From Minisyncoccota bacterium (GTDB taxonomy: Bacteria; Patescibacteriota; Minisyncoccia; Phycocordibacterales; Phycocordibacteraceae), in assembly GCA_022841985.1 (NCBI GenBank), contig JALHQL010000001.1:71529-126437 (forward strand): a stretch of DNA of 54,909 nt, read 5' to 3'. The translations under genes were made by a program, and so were the position numbers. Shown here in pieces: positions 8,606-18,860 of this stretch. The notes beneath the pieces are model-generated. The model ran no database searches and was not told where the DNA came from. It worked only from the letters and a program-made list of their open reading frames with translations. Within the stretch, counting starts at the first letter, position 1, and every line of letters starts with the position of its first letter.

Positions 8606-9141
8606 AAGAATTTGAACTCGAACCGGGAGAGCATGTCGTAAGAGAAACTCGCAAGCATTGGTTCCTATTTCTGAAAGAACTTCTTCCGTATGCAATCATC
8701 GCAGTACTCCCCTTCGCCATCCCCAATCTTCTTATGCTTGTGCCGACCCTCGGAGGATATGCATCACTTTTTGATTTCAGCACACCGCTCATGCGTCTCT
8801 CGCTCGGCATCTGGCTACTCATCACTTGGACCAGCGCATGGGGAGCTTTCACTCAATACTTCCTCGATATATGGGTGATTACTAATAATCGCCTTGTGGA
8901 TATCGACCAGAAACGATACTTCTCCCGCGAAGTCTCGAGCCTACTTCTTTCACGAGTACAGGACGTGACAATCAACGTCCATGGGGTGATTCCTTCGCTA
9001 CTCGACATCGGAGATATTAATGTCCAGAGCGCAGGTGCCTCCAGTAATGAATTCATCATGAAAGGTATCCCGCACCCTTCTCAGATACGCGATCTAATTC
9101 TCAAATACGCCCCCACCGAGCCAAAAAACCCTGGTATCTGA
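8602..9141 (+). CDS. Membrane protein with bacterial PH (bPH_2-like) domain
   Basis: RKHW, two TM, WVITNNRLVDIDQ, RVQDVT, GDINVQSAG; ATGA overlap at 8602. Confidence 0.8.
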   Translation: MKEFELEPGEHVVRETRKHWFLFLKELLPYAIIAVLPFAIPNLLMLVPTLGGYASLFDFSTPLMRLSLGIWLLITWTSAWGAFTQYFLDIWVITNNRLVDIDQKRYFSREVSSLLLSRVQDVTINVHGVIPSLLDIGDINVQSAGASSNEFIMKGIPHPSQIRDLILKYAPTEPKNPGI

Positions 9142-9154
9142 TACAATCGGACGT

Positions 9155-10423
9155 ATGTCTGAACCTCTTTCAACCGACTCGTATAAAGGCGTTCGTGATT
9201 TCTATCCTGCTGACTGGGCACGGATGGAAGCGATGTTCATGCGTATACGCGAGACACTTAGGTTATCAGGATATGAAGAATATAACGCTTCACCGCTTGA
9301 ACGATCCGAACTCTACGAAGCAAAAACGTCTGAGGAAATTGTTACTGATCAGACCTACACCTTTACTGACCGTGGCGACCGAAGCGTCACGCTGCGGCCC
9401 GAGATGACGCCGACACTCGCACGCATGGTCGCCGGGAAACGTCGCGAACTTGCCTACCCTCTGCGATGGTTCTCTATTGGTAACCGTTTCCGTTACGAAC
9501 GTCCACAGAAAGGTCGACTGCGTGAGTTCTACCAGGCAGACATCGACCTCATCGGACTCCCTGAAGGCGAAGCAGACATTGAAGTCGTACAGCTCGCAGC
9601 GACAATACTCAAATCTTTCGGCGCCGCTGAAACCGATTTCATCATCCGCATGAATTCACGTCCGCTTCTGAACGCCGCTTGCGCAGCAGCGGGACTCAAT
9701 GGCGAAAGCATCCGCCAATATCTACACCTCCTCGATAAGAAATCAAAAATGCCCGCCAAAGACTTCGCCACGGCGTCGGGTACTATCTCAAAAATAGATC
9801 CTCTTTCAATCATCGACGATCCAAGTACCGCGCCGGAGGTCGCAATTGAAAAACAGCGCTTATTCGATCGAATTGCAACATTCGCCGCACGCGATGTGAA
9901 TAATGTGGTCTTCGATTCCAGTATCACTCGTGGTTTTGATTACTACACTGGTATGGTCTTTGAGGTATACGATACGAACCCAGTAAATTCCCGTGCGATT
10001 TTCGGGGGCGGACGCTACGATGGACTCGTCACGCTTTTCGGCGGCGACCCAATACCTGCAGTCGGCTTTGCGCTTGGCGACGTCACACTTTCTGACTTCC
10101 TCGAAACGCATTCGCTTACATCTAAATTAGATACACCTAAACCGCAACTCTACCTTGGCACCCCGCTTCCAAGTGATGTCGAGGCAGCTCAGATGTTCGC
10201 TCATACCCTGCGCGCGCAAAACTGTCGTATCTTCGTCAATCTTACCGAACGTTCGCTCGGTGATCAGATTAAAGATGCGGTAAGGCGTGGCATACCCTAT
10301 TTTGCAGCCTATGGCGCAAATGAAGTTGCTGATCAGATAGTTCGTCTAAAGACTCTTGCGACAGGCGAAGAAACGACCCTCTCTCTGCCTGAAATTCCTG
10401 CACGTCTCAACTCCAGCAACTAA
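9155..10423 (+). CDS. hisS: Histidine--tRNA ligase
   Basis: KGVRDF, LRPEMTP, FRYERPQKGRLREFYQ, RGFDYYTG, GGGRYD. Confidence 0.97.
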   Translation: MSEPLSTDSYKGVRDFYPADWARMEAMFMRIRETLRLSGYEEYNASPLERSELYEAKTSEEIVTDQTYTFTDRGDRSVTLRPEMTPTLARMVAGKRRELAYPLRWFSIGNRFRYERPQKGRLREFYQADIDLIGLPEGEADIEVVQLAATILKSFGAAETDFIIRMNSRPLLNAACAAAGLNGESIRQYLHLLDKKSKMPAKDFATASGTISKIDPLSIIDDPSTAPEVAIEKQRLFDRIATFAARDVNNVVFDSSITRGFDYYTGMVFEVYDTNPVNSRAIFGGGRYDGLVTLFGGDPIPAVGFALGDVTLSDFLETHSLTSKLDTPKPQLYLGTPLPSDVEAAQMFAHTLRAQNCRIFVNLTERSLGDQIKDAVRRGIPYFAAYGANEVADQIVRLKTLATGEETTLSLPEIPARLNSSN

Positions 10424-10428
10424 CTTAT

Positions 10429-11010
10429 ATGCGTGCTATTACTTTTGATATTGAATCAATCTCCGACTCGATAGTGCGCGGACACATCGATGTGAATGAG
10501 CAGGAGCTCACGGTTGTAGCTATCCACGACTCTGAAACTGGTACCTATTCTGCCTACTTTAAAGAAGAACTCCCGAAGCTCTGGCCAATTCTTGAACGTG
10601 CCGATATGCTCATCGGCTTTAATTCTGATTCGTTTGATATACCACTTCTCAATCGCTACTACCCGGGAGACCTTTCGCACCTGCGATCACTCGATCTACT
10701 CACTGAAGTGCAGAAAGTGCTTGGTCGACGCATTCGGCTTCAAGCGCTCGCCGAGGCAACTCTGAACAGGGGGAAAGCGGGTGACGGACTTAAAGCGGGC
10801 GAGTGGTGGAAAGAGGGGAAAAAAGAAAAAGTTCGCGAATACTGTATCGAAGACGTCCGTCTCACACGAGAGCTCTTCGACTATGCTGTCCTACACGGAG
10901 TGCTCAAATACAAAGACCTGCGCACTATTCGTGATATTAAACTAGACACCTCTCTCTGGACGAAAGAACCGGTCGGAGCACCTGCAATGACTCACGCGCT
11001 GCAGCTATAA
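10429..11010 (+). CDS. RNase H-like (YprB/RNase_H_2-type) DEDD exonuclease domain protein
   Basis: FDIES, GFNSDSFDIP, YCIEDV. Confidence 0.8.
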   Translation: MRAITFDIESISDSIVRGHIDVNEQELTVVAIHDSETGTYSAYFKEELPKLWPILERADMLIGFNSDSFDIPLLNRYYPGDLSHLRSLDLLTEVQKVLGRRIRLQALAEATLNRGKAGDGLKAGEWWKEGKKEKVREYCIEDVRLTRELFDYAVLHGVLKYKDLRTIRDIKLDTSLWTKEPVGAPAMTHALQL

Positions 11011-11016
11011 TATACA

Positions 11017-11045
11017 TTGACATACTCAGGTTTTTAAGATATACT
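11017..11045 (+). promoter_or_regulatory. sigma70 promoter
   Basis: TTGACA-17 bp-TATACT. Confidence 0.8.
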
Positions 11046-11119
11046 AGATTTCGGATGTTCTAGTACCTATCTGACCCGCGCTGTTGCGGGGCTACAACCA
11101 TCTACAGAGAGGAGCCAGT

Positions 11120-11806
11120 ATGATTAATGATCCACTCGACGATCGACCGCTTTCCCAGCGTTTACACCTGATTGAGCGGGAATTGCCTGATAGTCCGACG
11201 CCAGCCAAGTCCTTCTTTCAAGACTGGCCGAATATGCCGGACTCAGACATTGGCACGATGCTGATGTTTGGATCTGTCCTGTGCTTGGCAGTAGGATTCG
11301 CATTGCAATTCATCAAGGGAAACAGGGACATCATTTTGTCTAGAAAATCTTGGGAGATCATTTTTCCGGAAAATTCCTTTCTCTTCGCAGTCATCTACTA
11401 CTTGGGGCTACTGATGACAATACGAGAGACTCAAGTGTTTGGACTGTACGAACACTTTAAGTACTTCGTAGCCATTACAGCTTTTGGACTGATATGTGCA
11501 ATCACACTCGGACTATTCTGTATCCCCTTACTCAAGTTCATTTTCCGCCTATATGACTCGGTCTTGAACTTCAAGGAAGAATTATTGCTGATGCTTGTGC
11601 GTGAATATGGATTCCCACAGAATACTAAAGAATTGGTAAAACTGTTTGGCAAAGTTGCTAAGGAGCACGTACCGCATCTTTATGCGAGTGTGCGAACGCT
11701 TTACAAGTTACTTATCGAAAAACTTGAAGAACTTAGCATTCATTCGTCTGTATGTGCCAAGACAGCAATAAAAAGGGTTGGGGAGCGCTGGATACAAAGA
11801 GGATAA
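11120..11806 (+). CDS. Hypothetical membrane protein (3 TM)
   Basis: GAGGAG SD before ATG 11120, own promoter and terminator, three hydrophobic helices. Confidence 0.65.
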   Translation: MINDPLDDRPLSQRLHLIERELPDSPTPAKSFFQDWPNMPDSDIGTMLMFGSVLCLAVGFALQFIKGNRDIILSRKSWEIIFPENSFLFAVIYYLGLLMTIRETQVFGLYEHFKYFVAITAFGLICAITLGLFCIPLLKFIFRLYDSVLNFKEELLLMLVREYGFPQNTKELVKLFGKVAKEHVPHLYASVRTLYKLLIEKLEELSIHSSVCAKTAIKRVGERWIQRG

Positions 11807-11825
11807 TTGCGCAGGAACTTCCGTG

Positions 11826-11862
11826 GGCGTGGAGTACGAAGTACTCCACGCCTTTTCTTTTT
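11826..11862 (+). terminator. Intrinsic terminator
   Basis: GGCGTGGAGTAC-gaa-GTACTCCACGCC followed by TTTTCTTTTT. Confidence 0.85.
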
Positions 11863-11879
11863 AATGATAGGCTCATGGT

Positions 11880-12557
11880 ATGAAACGTTCCCTCACGATT
11901 CCCTTAGCAATCACTCTCGGCGGCATCATTATAGCCGGAGCAATATATGTTTCAATGCAAAAATCCTTATCAATTAGCAAGGATGCCTCCATACTCGTAC
12001 GACCCGTCTCGATAAACGATCATATTCTCGGGAATCCTGCGGCACCGGTGATGATCATTACGTATACCGACTTTGACTGCACGTTCTGCAAAGATTTCCA
12101 TGACACACTTCTTCACATCATCACGAACGAAGGCGCTGACGGCAACATCGCGTGGGTCTACCGTCAATTCCCCCTGACCGAAATTCATCCGAATGCGCTC
12201 CCGCACGCACGAGCCGCCGAATGTATCGCGCAAGTTGGAGACAATACCGCGTTCTGGAAATTCGTGGACGTTCTCTACAAAAAACAACCCGTTAATCCGC
12301 CACAATATGGGGAGCTCGCCTCCGAGATAGGAATCTCTACCACTGATTTCGCCACCTGCTTCGCTGGCGCAGCAACAACGGTTGATGCCCGCATTACGGA
12401 AGATCGGCAGAATGCGCTTGACATTGATGCTGAGGGAACACCGTATTCACTTATTCTCGTTGCGGGTAAGCCATTTGTGATTATGAATGGCGCGTACCCA
12501 TATGTTGCAGTGAAGCAACTCATTGATGAAGCCCTCCAAGAGGCACAAAAACGTTAG
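11880..12557 (+). CDS. DsbA/Thioredoxin_4 family membrane-anchored oxidoreductase
   Basis: N-terminal TM, HILGNPAAPV, DFDCTFC, GTP cis-Pro motif. Confidence 0.88.
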   Translation: MKRSLTIPLAITLGGIIIAGAIYVSMQKSLSISKDASILVRPVSINDHILGNPAAPVMIITYTDFDCTFCKDFHDTLLHIITNEGADGNIAWVYRQFPLTEIHPNALPHARAAECIAQVGDNTAFWKFVDVLYKKQPVNPPQYGELASEIGISTTDFATCFAGAATTVDARITEDRQNALDIDAEGTPYSLILVAGKPFVIMNGAYPYVAVKQLIDEALQEAQKR

Positions 12558-15466
12558 CGAGCGATGAGAAATTCGACGAGATCGCAGTAGTCGCAGGATT
12601 TAGAATCACAAGGAGAAGTAAAGGCAGAACCATCAGCAATAGCTTGAGCTGCTTCAACAAGCTCCTGTTCTAACGCTCTGACTTCAGTATCTGCAATTGT
12701 AAAACGGCGGATGATACACTTCCCTTTCTCATTGGGCTCGACAAAGTGCAGTGCACTATCGTTCATCTTAAAACGTCCGTCCTTGTCGAGAAGAAGTTTA
12801 TAGAACACCAATTGCCGATAGTAGCCGCCATCACTTGATTTCGTAAGACCTTTGATTTCATTCTCGCTCCGAACTTTGCCGGTCTTATAATCGATAACTT
12901 CGACCGTCCCATCTTCTTTCATATCAAGCCGATCGAGTTTTCCTGAAAGAGGCACTTCGCCCACACCAGGAACAATGAGCGGCACGTTTATCGCAAATTC
13001 TGATTCGTGTACACTCTTCATCATCGTTCCTTCTTGTGCGAGATAGGCCCGAAGTGCCGATTCGCCGGTCTTCATAATTTCTTTTCGATCAAGCGGCGAG
13101 AGCGGCAGGCGCGTGAGTTCCGTATAAAACGCTTCCGTCGCATCTTCTATCGAAGCGCCGCCCTTTTTCACTTTATCGGCATAGACTTTTAACCCCGCGT
13201 GTATGGCGGTACCGAAGAGCATCGAAAGAGTCGGCGCATCCGGAAGTCGAAGTAGTGTGCGGAAATAATACTGCCACGGAGAATCGACATAATTATTAAA
13301 ACCTGTCGGCGAGAATCCGCGGTCGAGCAAACGCTCTTTCAGGAAACTGGGGTCCAGTATTGTACGGACTTCGTAGGGAGAAGCATTTATGGGCACCGCC
13401 GGGAAACTTACTGCTGTAAGATGCGAGGAAATATCGGTAAGAAACCGTAAAGGCGTTTGTGCCTGATCCTCTGCAGTTACCCCTGATCGCGTGATCAAGA
13501 CGCCATCTCTCGCCCGCGTGAGAGCGACATAGAGAAGTCGTCGTACATCATGTTCGTCATCTTCTTTTTCAAGTAACAGCGAAAATTCATCTGTCTTCCC
13601 GCGCAGCCATCGCTCATCGGTCGCATGCGCAATGATAACGTATGGGAATTCGAGCCCCTTCGCGCCGTGCACGGTCATGACACGAACACCTGAGTGTTTG
13701 GTACGAGCACGTTTTATCTTCAGTTCATGTTTCTCGATGAGAGCGAGCTGCCGGAGGAGATCGCGAGCGGTTGCTCCGGGGTCCTCACGCGACAGCAGTG
13801 CCGCTTCATCCATAAAGCCTTGATACGCTTCATAAGCATCCTCACTCTCTCCGAGCGTAAGTATCCCGGCCACAAATCCGCTCTCGCTCGCAAGTCGCGT
13901 AAGCCATGAGACCAGAGGTGTTGCGGACATTTCTTCGGAAAGCTTTGTAAGTCGGTGTACCCAGGAACGCATGTCATTTGTTCCCTTTTCTTCAAGGATT
14001 TTTATAATTGGCTTCCCTTCGCGAGGAAGTGCCACAAGACGCATACGTTCCTGAAGCGTGCCGGGTATACCTGGAATAAAGAGCGCCCTTGCGAGGGGAG
14101 CATCCTGATTCAGATCGGCAATAGCATGAATGAGCGCGATAAAAAGTTTTACTGACGGATGAGATAAGGCGCTTATCTCTGCGCTTGCATGATCCTCCGG
14201 GATTCCCGCACTGCGCAATGATTCGGAAAGAGCGAGTACATCCGCATTTTTTTTCGTTAGGATGGCGATATCCTCATAGGGCACGCCTGATGTGTGCAAT
14301 TTTTCGATATAAGCGCGGATAGCTTCATATTCTTCTCTTGGCGTATCACAAACCGCCTCTTCTATCGTTCCACCCTTTCCTCGGATGGCCTCTAGTACCG
14401 GACGGAAAGCAGCATCGGGCGTCGGAGCAGGAGTAATAAGATCATGCGCTGCTTGGAGCACCTTTGAGGTCGAACGATAATTCTCTACAAGCGATATGAC
14501 CTTCGCCTCCGGGTACTTCTCTTTGAAATAAAAAAATGAAGCCAGCGATGCTCCCTGGAAACGATAGATTGCCTGTTTCTCATCGCCCACGATAAACAGG
14601 TTCGGCGAACCGTCAAAGTCCGTCACAAGTTCAAGCAGACGATTCTGTGCCGGATTCGCATCCTGATGTTCATCAGCAAGCACGAATTGCGAACGCTCCC
14701 CAACTTCCGCACGAAAACTTTCATCTGATTCAAGACCGCGTACCGCTTCCCCGATAAGATCTTCGTAGTCATAGAGAGATTCGCGTTCTAACGCTTCTTG
14801 ATACGCACCAAAAAGGTGCGCGACTTCGATATGCTTCTCAAGACGTTCGCGACGGCGAAGAAATTCCCCTTTCTCTTTTCCTTTGTGAGTACCGCTTGCA
14901 TGAATGCGGTCAGAGTCGGCAAGCAAAAGAGCATGCTCTTTCGTAAGTTCGACAAGATACTGTTCTGGAGTATAATGCTCTTGTTTTAATTTGCCTATGA
15001 AATTCAAAAGGATTTTCGCCACACGATGAGGATGTTTTGGATTTCGAATTTTCAAATATGGCCCCTGGTCAAGCAGCTGCTCCATAAGCGCGATGCTGCG
15101 TACCTCTCCAAGCTGTGTACCGAGCGCGATGCGTGGAAAGAGATCTGGACGAAGTTCGAGTATCGACCGTGCGAAGCTGTGAAAAGTGTGTATCCGGACA
15201 CGATATGCCGCACCGCCAATAAAGGAAGCGAGGCGCGTACGGAGCGTCGCTACAGCACTTTCGGTGAAGGTCAATGCGAGTATCTCATCTGGCTTTGCTC
15301 CAGATGCTTTAAGCAGAATAGTGCCGATACGAAGAGCAAGTATCTGAGTCTTTCCAGTACCCGGACCGGCGATGACAATCACCGGTCCGTATAACGTATC
15401 GACGGCCTCTTTCTGTTTCGTATTCAGTTTCTTATATGCCTGTTCAAACGCCTGAGTTGTCACCAT
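12554..15466 (-). CDS. UvrD/PcrA-type SF1 helicase fused to C-terminal PD-(D/E)xK nuclease
   Basis: AGPGTGKT, DEHQD, VGDEKQAIYRFQG, ENYRS, TVHGAKGLEF, YVALTRA; GKLDRLD...IDYKTG...YYRQL. Confidence 0.92.
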   Translation of the reverse strand: MVTTQAFEQAYKKLNTKQKEAVDTLYGPVIVIAGPGTGKTQILALRIGTILLKASGAKPDEILALTFTESAVATLRTRLASFIGGAAYRVRIHTFHSFARSILELRPDLFPRIALGTQLGEVRSIALMEQLLDQGPYLKIRNPKHPHRVAKILLNFIGKLKQEHYTPEQYLVELTKEHALLLADSDRIHASGTHKGKEKGEFLRRRERLEKHIEVAHLFGAYQEALERESLYDYEDLIGEAVRGLESDESFRAEVGERSQFVLADEHQDANPAQNRLLELVTDFDGSPNLFIVGDEKQAIYRFQGASLASFFYFKEKYPEAKVISLVENYRSTSKVLQAAHDLITPAPTPDAAFRPVLEAIRGKGGTIEEAVCDTPREEYEAIRAYIEKLHTSGVPYEDIAILTKKNADVLALSESLRSAGIPEDHASAEISALSHPSVKLFIALIHAIADLNQDAPLARALFIPGIPGTLQERMRLVALPREGKPIIKILEEKGTNDMRSWVHRLTKLSEEMSATPLVSWLTRLASESGFVAGILTLGESEDAYEAYQGFMDEAALLSREDPGATARDLLRQLALIEKHELKIKRARTKHSGVRVMTVHGAKGLEFPYVIIAHATDERWLRGKTDEFSLLLEKEDDEHDVRRLLYVALTRARDGVLITRSGVTAEDQAQTPLRFLTDISSHLTAVSFPAVPINASPYEVRTILDPSFLKERLLDRGFSPTGFNNYVDSPWQYYFRTLLRLPDAPTLSMLFGTAIHAGLKVYADKVKKGGASIEDATEAFYTELTRLPLSPLDRKEIMKTGESALRAYLAQEGTMMKSVHESEFAINVPLIVPGVGEVPLSGKLDRLDMKEDGTVEVIDYKTGKVRSENEIKGLTKSSDGGYYRQLVFYKLLLDKDGRFKMNDSALHFVEPNEKGKCIIRRFTIADTEVRALEQELVEAAQAIADGSAFTSPCDSKSCDYCDLVEFLIAR

Positions 15467-15521
15467 ACGGTCAAGTGTACCTTGTGCGAGAACGCTCTGC
15501 ACAGGTGCGCCCGCTGCCACA

Positions 15522-15549
15522 TTGACGTTAAAGAAAATAGTTATATACT
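15522..15549 (+). promoter_or_regulatory. sigma70 promoter for small ORF
   Basis: TTGACG-16 bp-TATACT. Confidence 0.6.
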
Positions 15550-15609
15550 TCAGGTTAGCAGCTCTTTAATACCCTCTAAAAATTGACGTCCTCATGAAAG
15601 GAGGCCTAG

Positions 15610-15720
15610 ATGTTGAAGATAGTGGGATCTTTTTTTTCCCTCATGTTAGTTATCATTGTCGGAGCTTTACTGATCTCCGTAGCTCGCATGTACTCAAAAT
15701 CTCTCCCTTCTCGCCCATAG
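15610..15720 (+). CDS. 36-aa single-TM small protein (not in ORF track)
   Basis: AAAGGAGG SD; MLKIVGSFFSLMLVIIVGALLISVARMYSKSLPSRP; upstream promoter, downstream terminator. Confidence 0.6.
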   Translation: MLKIVGSFFSLMLVIIVGALLISVARMYSKSLPSRP

Positions 15721-15785
15721 CCCTTTTGCATTAATGCAGAAGGTTCCTTAAAGGAGGCCTCTGACAAACAAATTGTCTTTAGAAA

Positions 15786-15827
15786 AAAGACCGTGCAGCT
15801 CCTTAGGCTGCCGGTCTTTCTCTTTTT
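15786..15827. terminator. Bidirectional terminator between small ORF and rpoD
   Basis: AAAGACCG-t-GCAGC/GCTGC-CGGTCTTT stem with A and T tails. Confidence 0.65.
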
Positions 15828-15877
15828 CACTGTCTCAAATGAGACCTATAGCGTTGCGACTTTTTTCTATCGTATGT

Positions 15878-17122
15878 TTAATACGACTTCAAGTGCCGCG
15901 CGTCACTGTGCGTGCGAATCTTCTCAAGAGCTTTCGCTTCAATCTGACGGATGCGCTCGCGAGTGACGCCGAACTCCCTTCCCACTTCTTCAAGCGTGTG
16001 GTAGATCCCGTCCATGAGCCCATGACGCATTTCAAGAATTTTGCGCTCTTTCGGCGAGAGATCATTGAGGATGGTGCGCACCTGCTCCGTGAGAATACGC
16101 TCGGAGGACTCTTGCACCGGCGAAGGAATTTTGTCGTCCGGAATGAAATCGCCCAGAGTTGACTTCTCATCGTCATCTGAACCGATCGGATTCTCAAGCG
16201 AGAGCGTGTCCTGATTGATCTTTTCTATTTGATAAATCTTCTCAACTTCAACACCCATCTCGACTGCAATCTCCTCTTCATGCGGATCGCGTCCAAGCAC
16301 CTGTGCGAGACGACGCGATACCTGCTTGTATTTGGCGATAGTCTCTACCATATGCACCGGGATACGGATCGTACGCGACTGGTCGGCAAGCGCACGTGTG
16401 ATCGCCTGACGAATCCACCACGTCGCATAGGTCGAAAACTTAAATCCTTTCTTCCAATCAAATTTGTCTACAGCGCGAAATAGACCAAGATTCCCTTCTT
16501 GAATGAGATCGAGCAACGTGAGGTCCGGTGAACGCCCGACATATTTTTTAGCTATCGAGACCACAAGACGTAGGTTACTGCGTGCAAGAATATTGCGTGC
16601 CTCTGCGTCACTCTTTTCGATACGCTGGGCAAGTTCGCGCTCTTCAGCGGCGGTCAGAAGCGGGTACTGTCCAATCTCGCGAAGATATATCTGGATGGAG
16701 TCATACCCTGTCGAATGTCGGTCTTTGATATTACGCGTTGCGAGATATTCATCGGCGGCATCTTCGAGCATGCCACCCTCAAGCACGTCGACACCAGCAG
16801 TAGCAAATCGTTCATAGAGAGATTCAAGGAAGCTGACATCGTCTTCAACATGCGGAAATGATTTGAGAATTTCGCTGTAAGTGACGTAGCCGCGGTCCTT
16901 ACCCTTCTCGATAAGCTGCTCTGCGGTGAGTACTTTCTGTGATTCTGCCTTCGCCTTCGCTCCCTTTGCTGCAGTGCGTAAAATCTTATTCGTACGCGAA
17001 GAACCGCCGCGATGTGCGGCCATCTTTTTTGCAGACACCGAGCGCTTGCCAGTGCGACTCTTCTTATTGCTTGCAGGCGAGATTTTCTTTGCGCTCTTTT
17101 TCTTTTTGGTGGAAGTCGCCAT
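15878..17122 (-). CDS. rpoD: Primary sigma factor sigma70
   Basis: [58 protein letters not shown]. Confidence 0.97.
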   Translation of the reverse strand: MATSTKKKKSAKKISPASNKKSRTGKRSVSAKKMAAHRGGSSRTNKILRTAAKGAKAKAESQKVLTAEQLIEKGKDRGYVTYSEILKSFPHVEDDVSFLESLYERFATAGVDVLEGGMLEDAADEYLATRNIKDRHSTGYDSIQIYLREIGQYPLLTAAEERELAQRIEKSDAEARNILARSNLRLVVSIAKKYVGRSPDLTLLDLIQEGNLGLFRAVDKFDWKKGFKFSTYATWWIRQAITRALADQSRTIRIPVHMVETIAKYKQVSRRLAQVLGRDPHEEEIAVEMGVEVEKIYQIEKINQDTLSLENPIGSDDDEKSTLGDFIPDDKIPSPVQESSERILTEQVRTILNDLSPKERKILEMRHGLMDGIYHTLEEVGREFGVTRERIRQIEAKALEKIRTHSDARHLKSY

Positions 17123-17142
17123 ACTTGATAGGATAAAATAAA

Positions 17143-18831
17143 TTAGTGATTGAACGCTGCTAGGCGTGCGGCGAGTTTTGCGCAGTTCGCTTGTGCGATC
17201 TTGATCGCAGCGGTGTCACCCGAACTTTCGGCTCTACGTAAATTTCTTACTGCTTCTTGATACGCCTCGCGGATAACCGCTTCTTCAAAGGCGTGAAGAA
17301 GCTCGTCTGCTGCCTCCGCCCCGGGGCCCTCACCAAACATCTGCTCTGCATAGAACAGAGCTGATTCCGGTAGGGTTACAAGTGGCAGCTCCTGAGCTTC
17401 AGTAATTCGACAATACTCCGACTTGACGCGCTCCGCAAGAGGTGAATTGGGGTAGGCGTGGAGAACCGCAAAAAGTTGCTCTGAACGGAGTTCTCGAGGA
17501 GAACGCAACGCATCCTTCGGGAATGTCTGATGAGTAGCCCCATTTTCAGTGAACGACTGTTTTGGCAAACGCTTGAGCGACTCGCGAATAGCTTCGCCTG
17601 AAAGGCCTAGAGATCTTGCGGCTGCCTGCACGAAATGCTCACGTTCCATCGGGCTCGGTATCGCTGCAATCAAAGGGAGCACCACACCTTCGGCGGTACG
17701 CAACAGCCGATGTGGATTACTCTCTCGTTGTGCCAATTCTTCGAGAAAGAACTCGACAATCGGCTTTGCCGCAAGAATGCGTTTTGAAAACTCTTGCGGG
17801 TCTTCGCTGATAAGGTCGGCTGGATCCTTCCCCATAGGGAGCTGGGCCGCCTTCACATGCAAACCCATTTGAAGAGCTGTCGCCGCCGATCTCGCTGTCG
17901 CTTTCAATCCGGCTGGATCAGCATCAAGGACAAGCATGAGATTTTCGCTATAGCGCTTCATGAGGCCGAGATGCCGCTCAGAAAGCGCCGTACCTGAGAG
18001 CGCAACTGCATTCTTAAATCCTGACTGATGCGCAAGCAACACATCTATCTGTCCTTCGACAAGCATGGTGTAGCCGCGTGCACGTATCGCATCTTTCGCG
18101 ATATTCATGCCGAACAGGATGTCCGATTTATGGAAAAGATCAGTCTCCGGACTGTTGAGATATTTCGCCAACTCATCGACAGCAAGTGTACGACCCGTAA
18201 ATGCGACAACCCGACCGACCGAATCACGAATCGGAAACATGAGACGATTGCGAAAACGATCATAATAGGTGCCCGGCTTACCGTCGGCTTCCTTGATGAG
18301 TCCAGCCGCAAGAAGTTCTGGAATGGAAAACCCTTCCGCAGTAAGAGCTTCAAGAAGTGTCCGCCACGCATCGGGAGCATAGCCGAGACGCCACACAGAA
18401 ATACTTTCTTTGGTAAGACCGCGCTTTTTTGCATACGTTTCAGCCGCAGTACCTGAAAGATGCGAGACATAGAATTGCTCAGCACGAGCCATCACCGCGC
18501 GCAACCTCTCCTGTTTTGATGCCGCTTCCTTGCTCGCGTCGCCACCCGCATATTCAATCCGTACTCCTGCCTTATCAGCAAGTATTTTCATCGCCCCCTT
18601 AAAATCAACTCCTTCTATTTTTTCGACAAAAGAAAACGCATCCCCTCCAAGTCCGCAGCCGAAGCAATGCCAACTGCCTCGCTCGGGAGAGACATGAAAT
18701 GAGGGTGTCTTCTCTTTATGGAACGGGCAAAGCCCTCGAAGCGACTTCCCTGCTCTTGTGAGCCTTACGTAGGGCGCAAGTGCGTCCTGAATACTCAGCC
18801 GCTCCTTAATCTGCGCGACGGTGTCGGTCAT
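17143..18831 (-). CDS. dnaG: DNA primase
   Basis: [15 protein letters not shown] zinc finger, [28 protein letters not shown] and DADPAG. Confidence 0.97.
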   Translation of the reverse strand: MTDTVAQIKERLSIQDALAPYVRLTRAGKSLRGLCPFHKEKTPSFHVSPERGSWHCFGCGLGGDAFSFVEKIEGVDFKGAMKILADKAGVRIEYAGGDASKEAASKQERLRAVMARAEQFYVSHLSGTAAETYAKKRGLTKESISVWRLGYAPDAWRTLLEALTAEGFSIPELLAAGLIKEADGKPGTYYDRFRNRLMFPIRDSVGRVVAFTGRTLAVDELAKYLNSPETDLFHKSDILFGMNIAKDAIRARGYTMLVEGQIDVLLAHQSGFKNAVALSGTALSERHLGLMKRYSENLMLVLDADPAGLKATARSAATALQMGLHVKAAQLPMGKDPADLISEDPQEFSKRILAAKPIVEFFLEELAQRESNPHRLLRTAEGVVLPLIAAIPSPMEREHFVQAAARSLGLSGEAIRESLKRLPKQSFTENGATHQTFPKDALRSPRELRSEQLFAVLHAYPNSPLAERVKSEYCRITEAQELPLVTLPESALFYAEQMFGEGPGAEAADELLHAFEEAVIREAYQEAVRNLRRAESSGDTAAIKIAQANCAKLAARLAAFNH

Positions 18832-18860
18832 ACGGTCAGTCTACCGCACCCAATAAGGTA

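Noticed and set aside
15606-15830. 74-aa minus-strand ORF from the track
   Set aside because: The plus-strand 36-aa ORF has promoter, SD and terminator support; this one has none.
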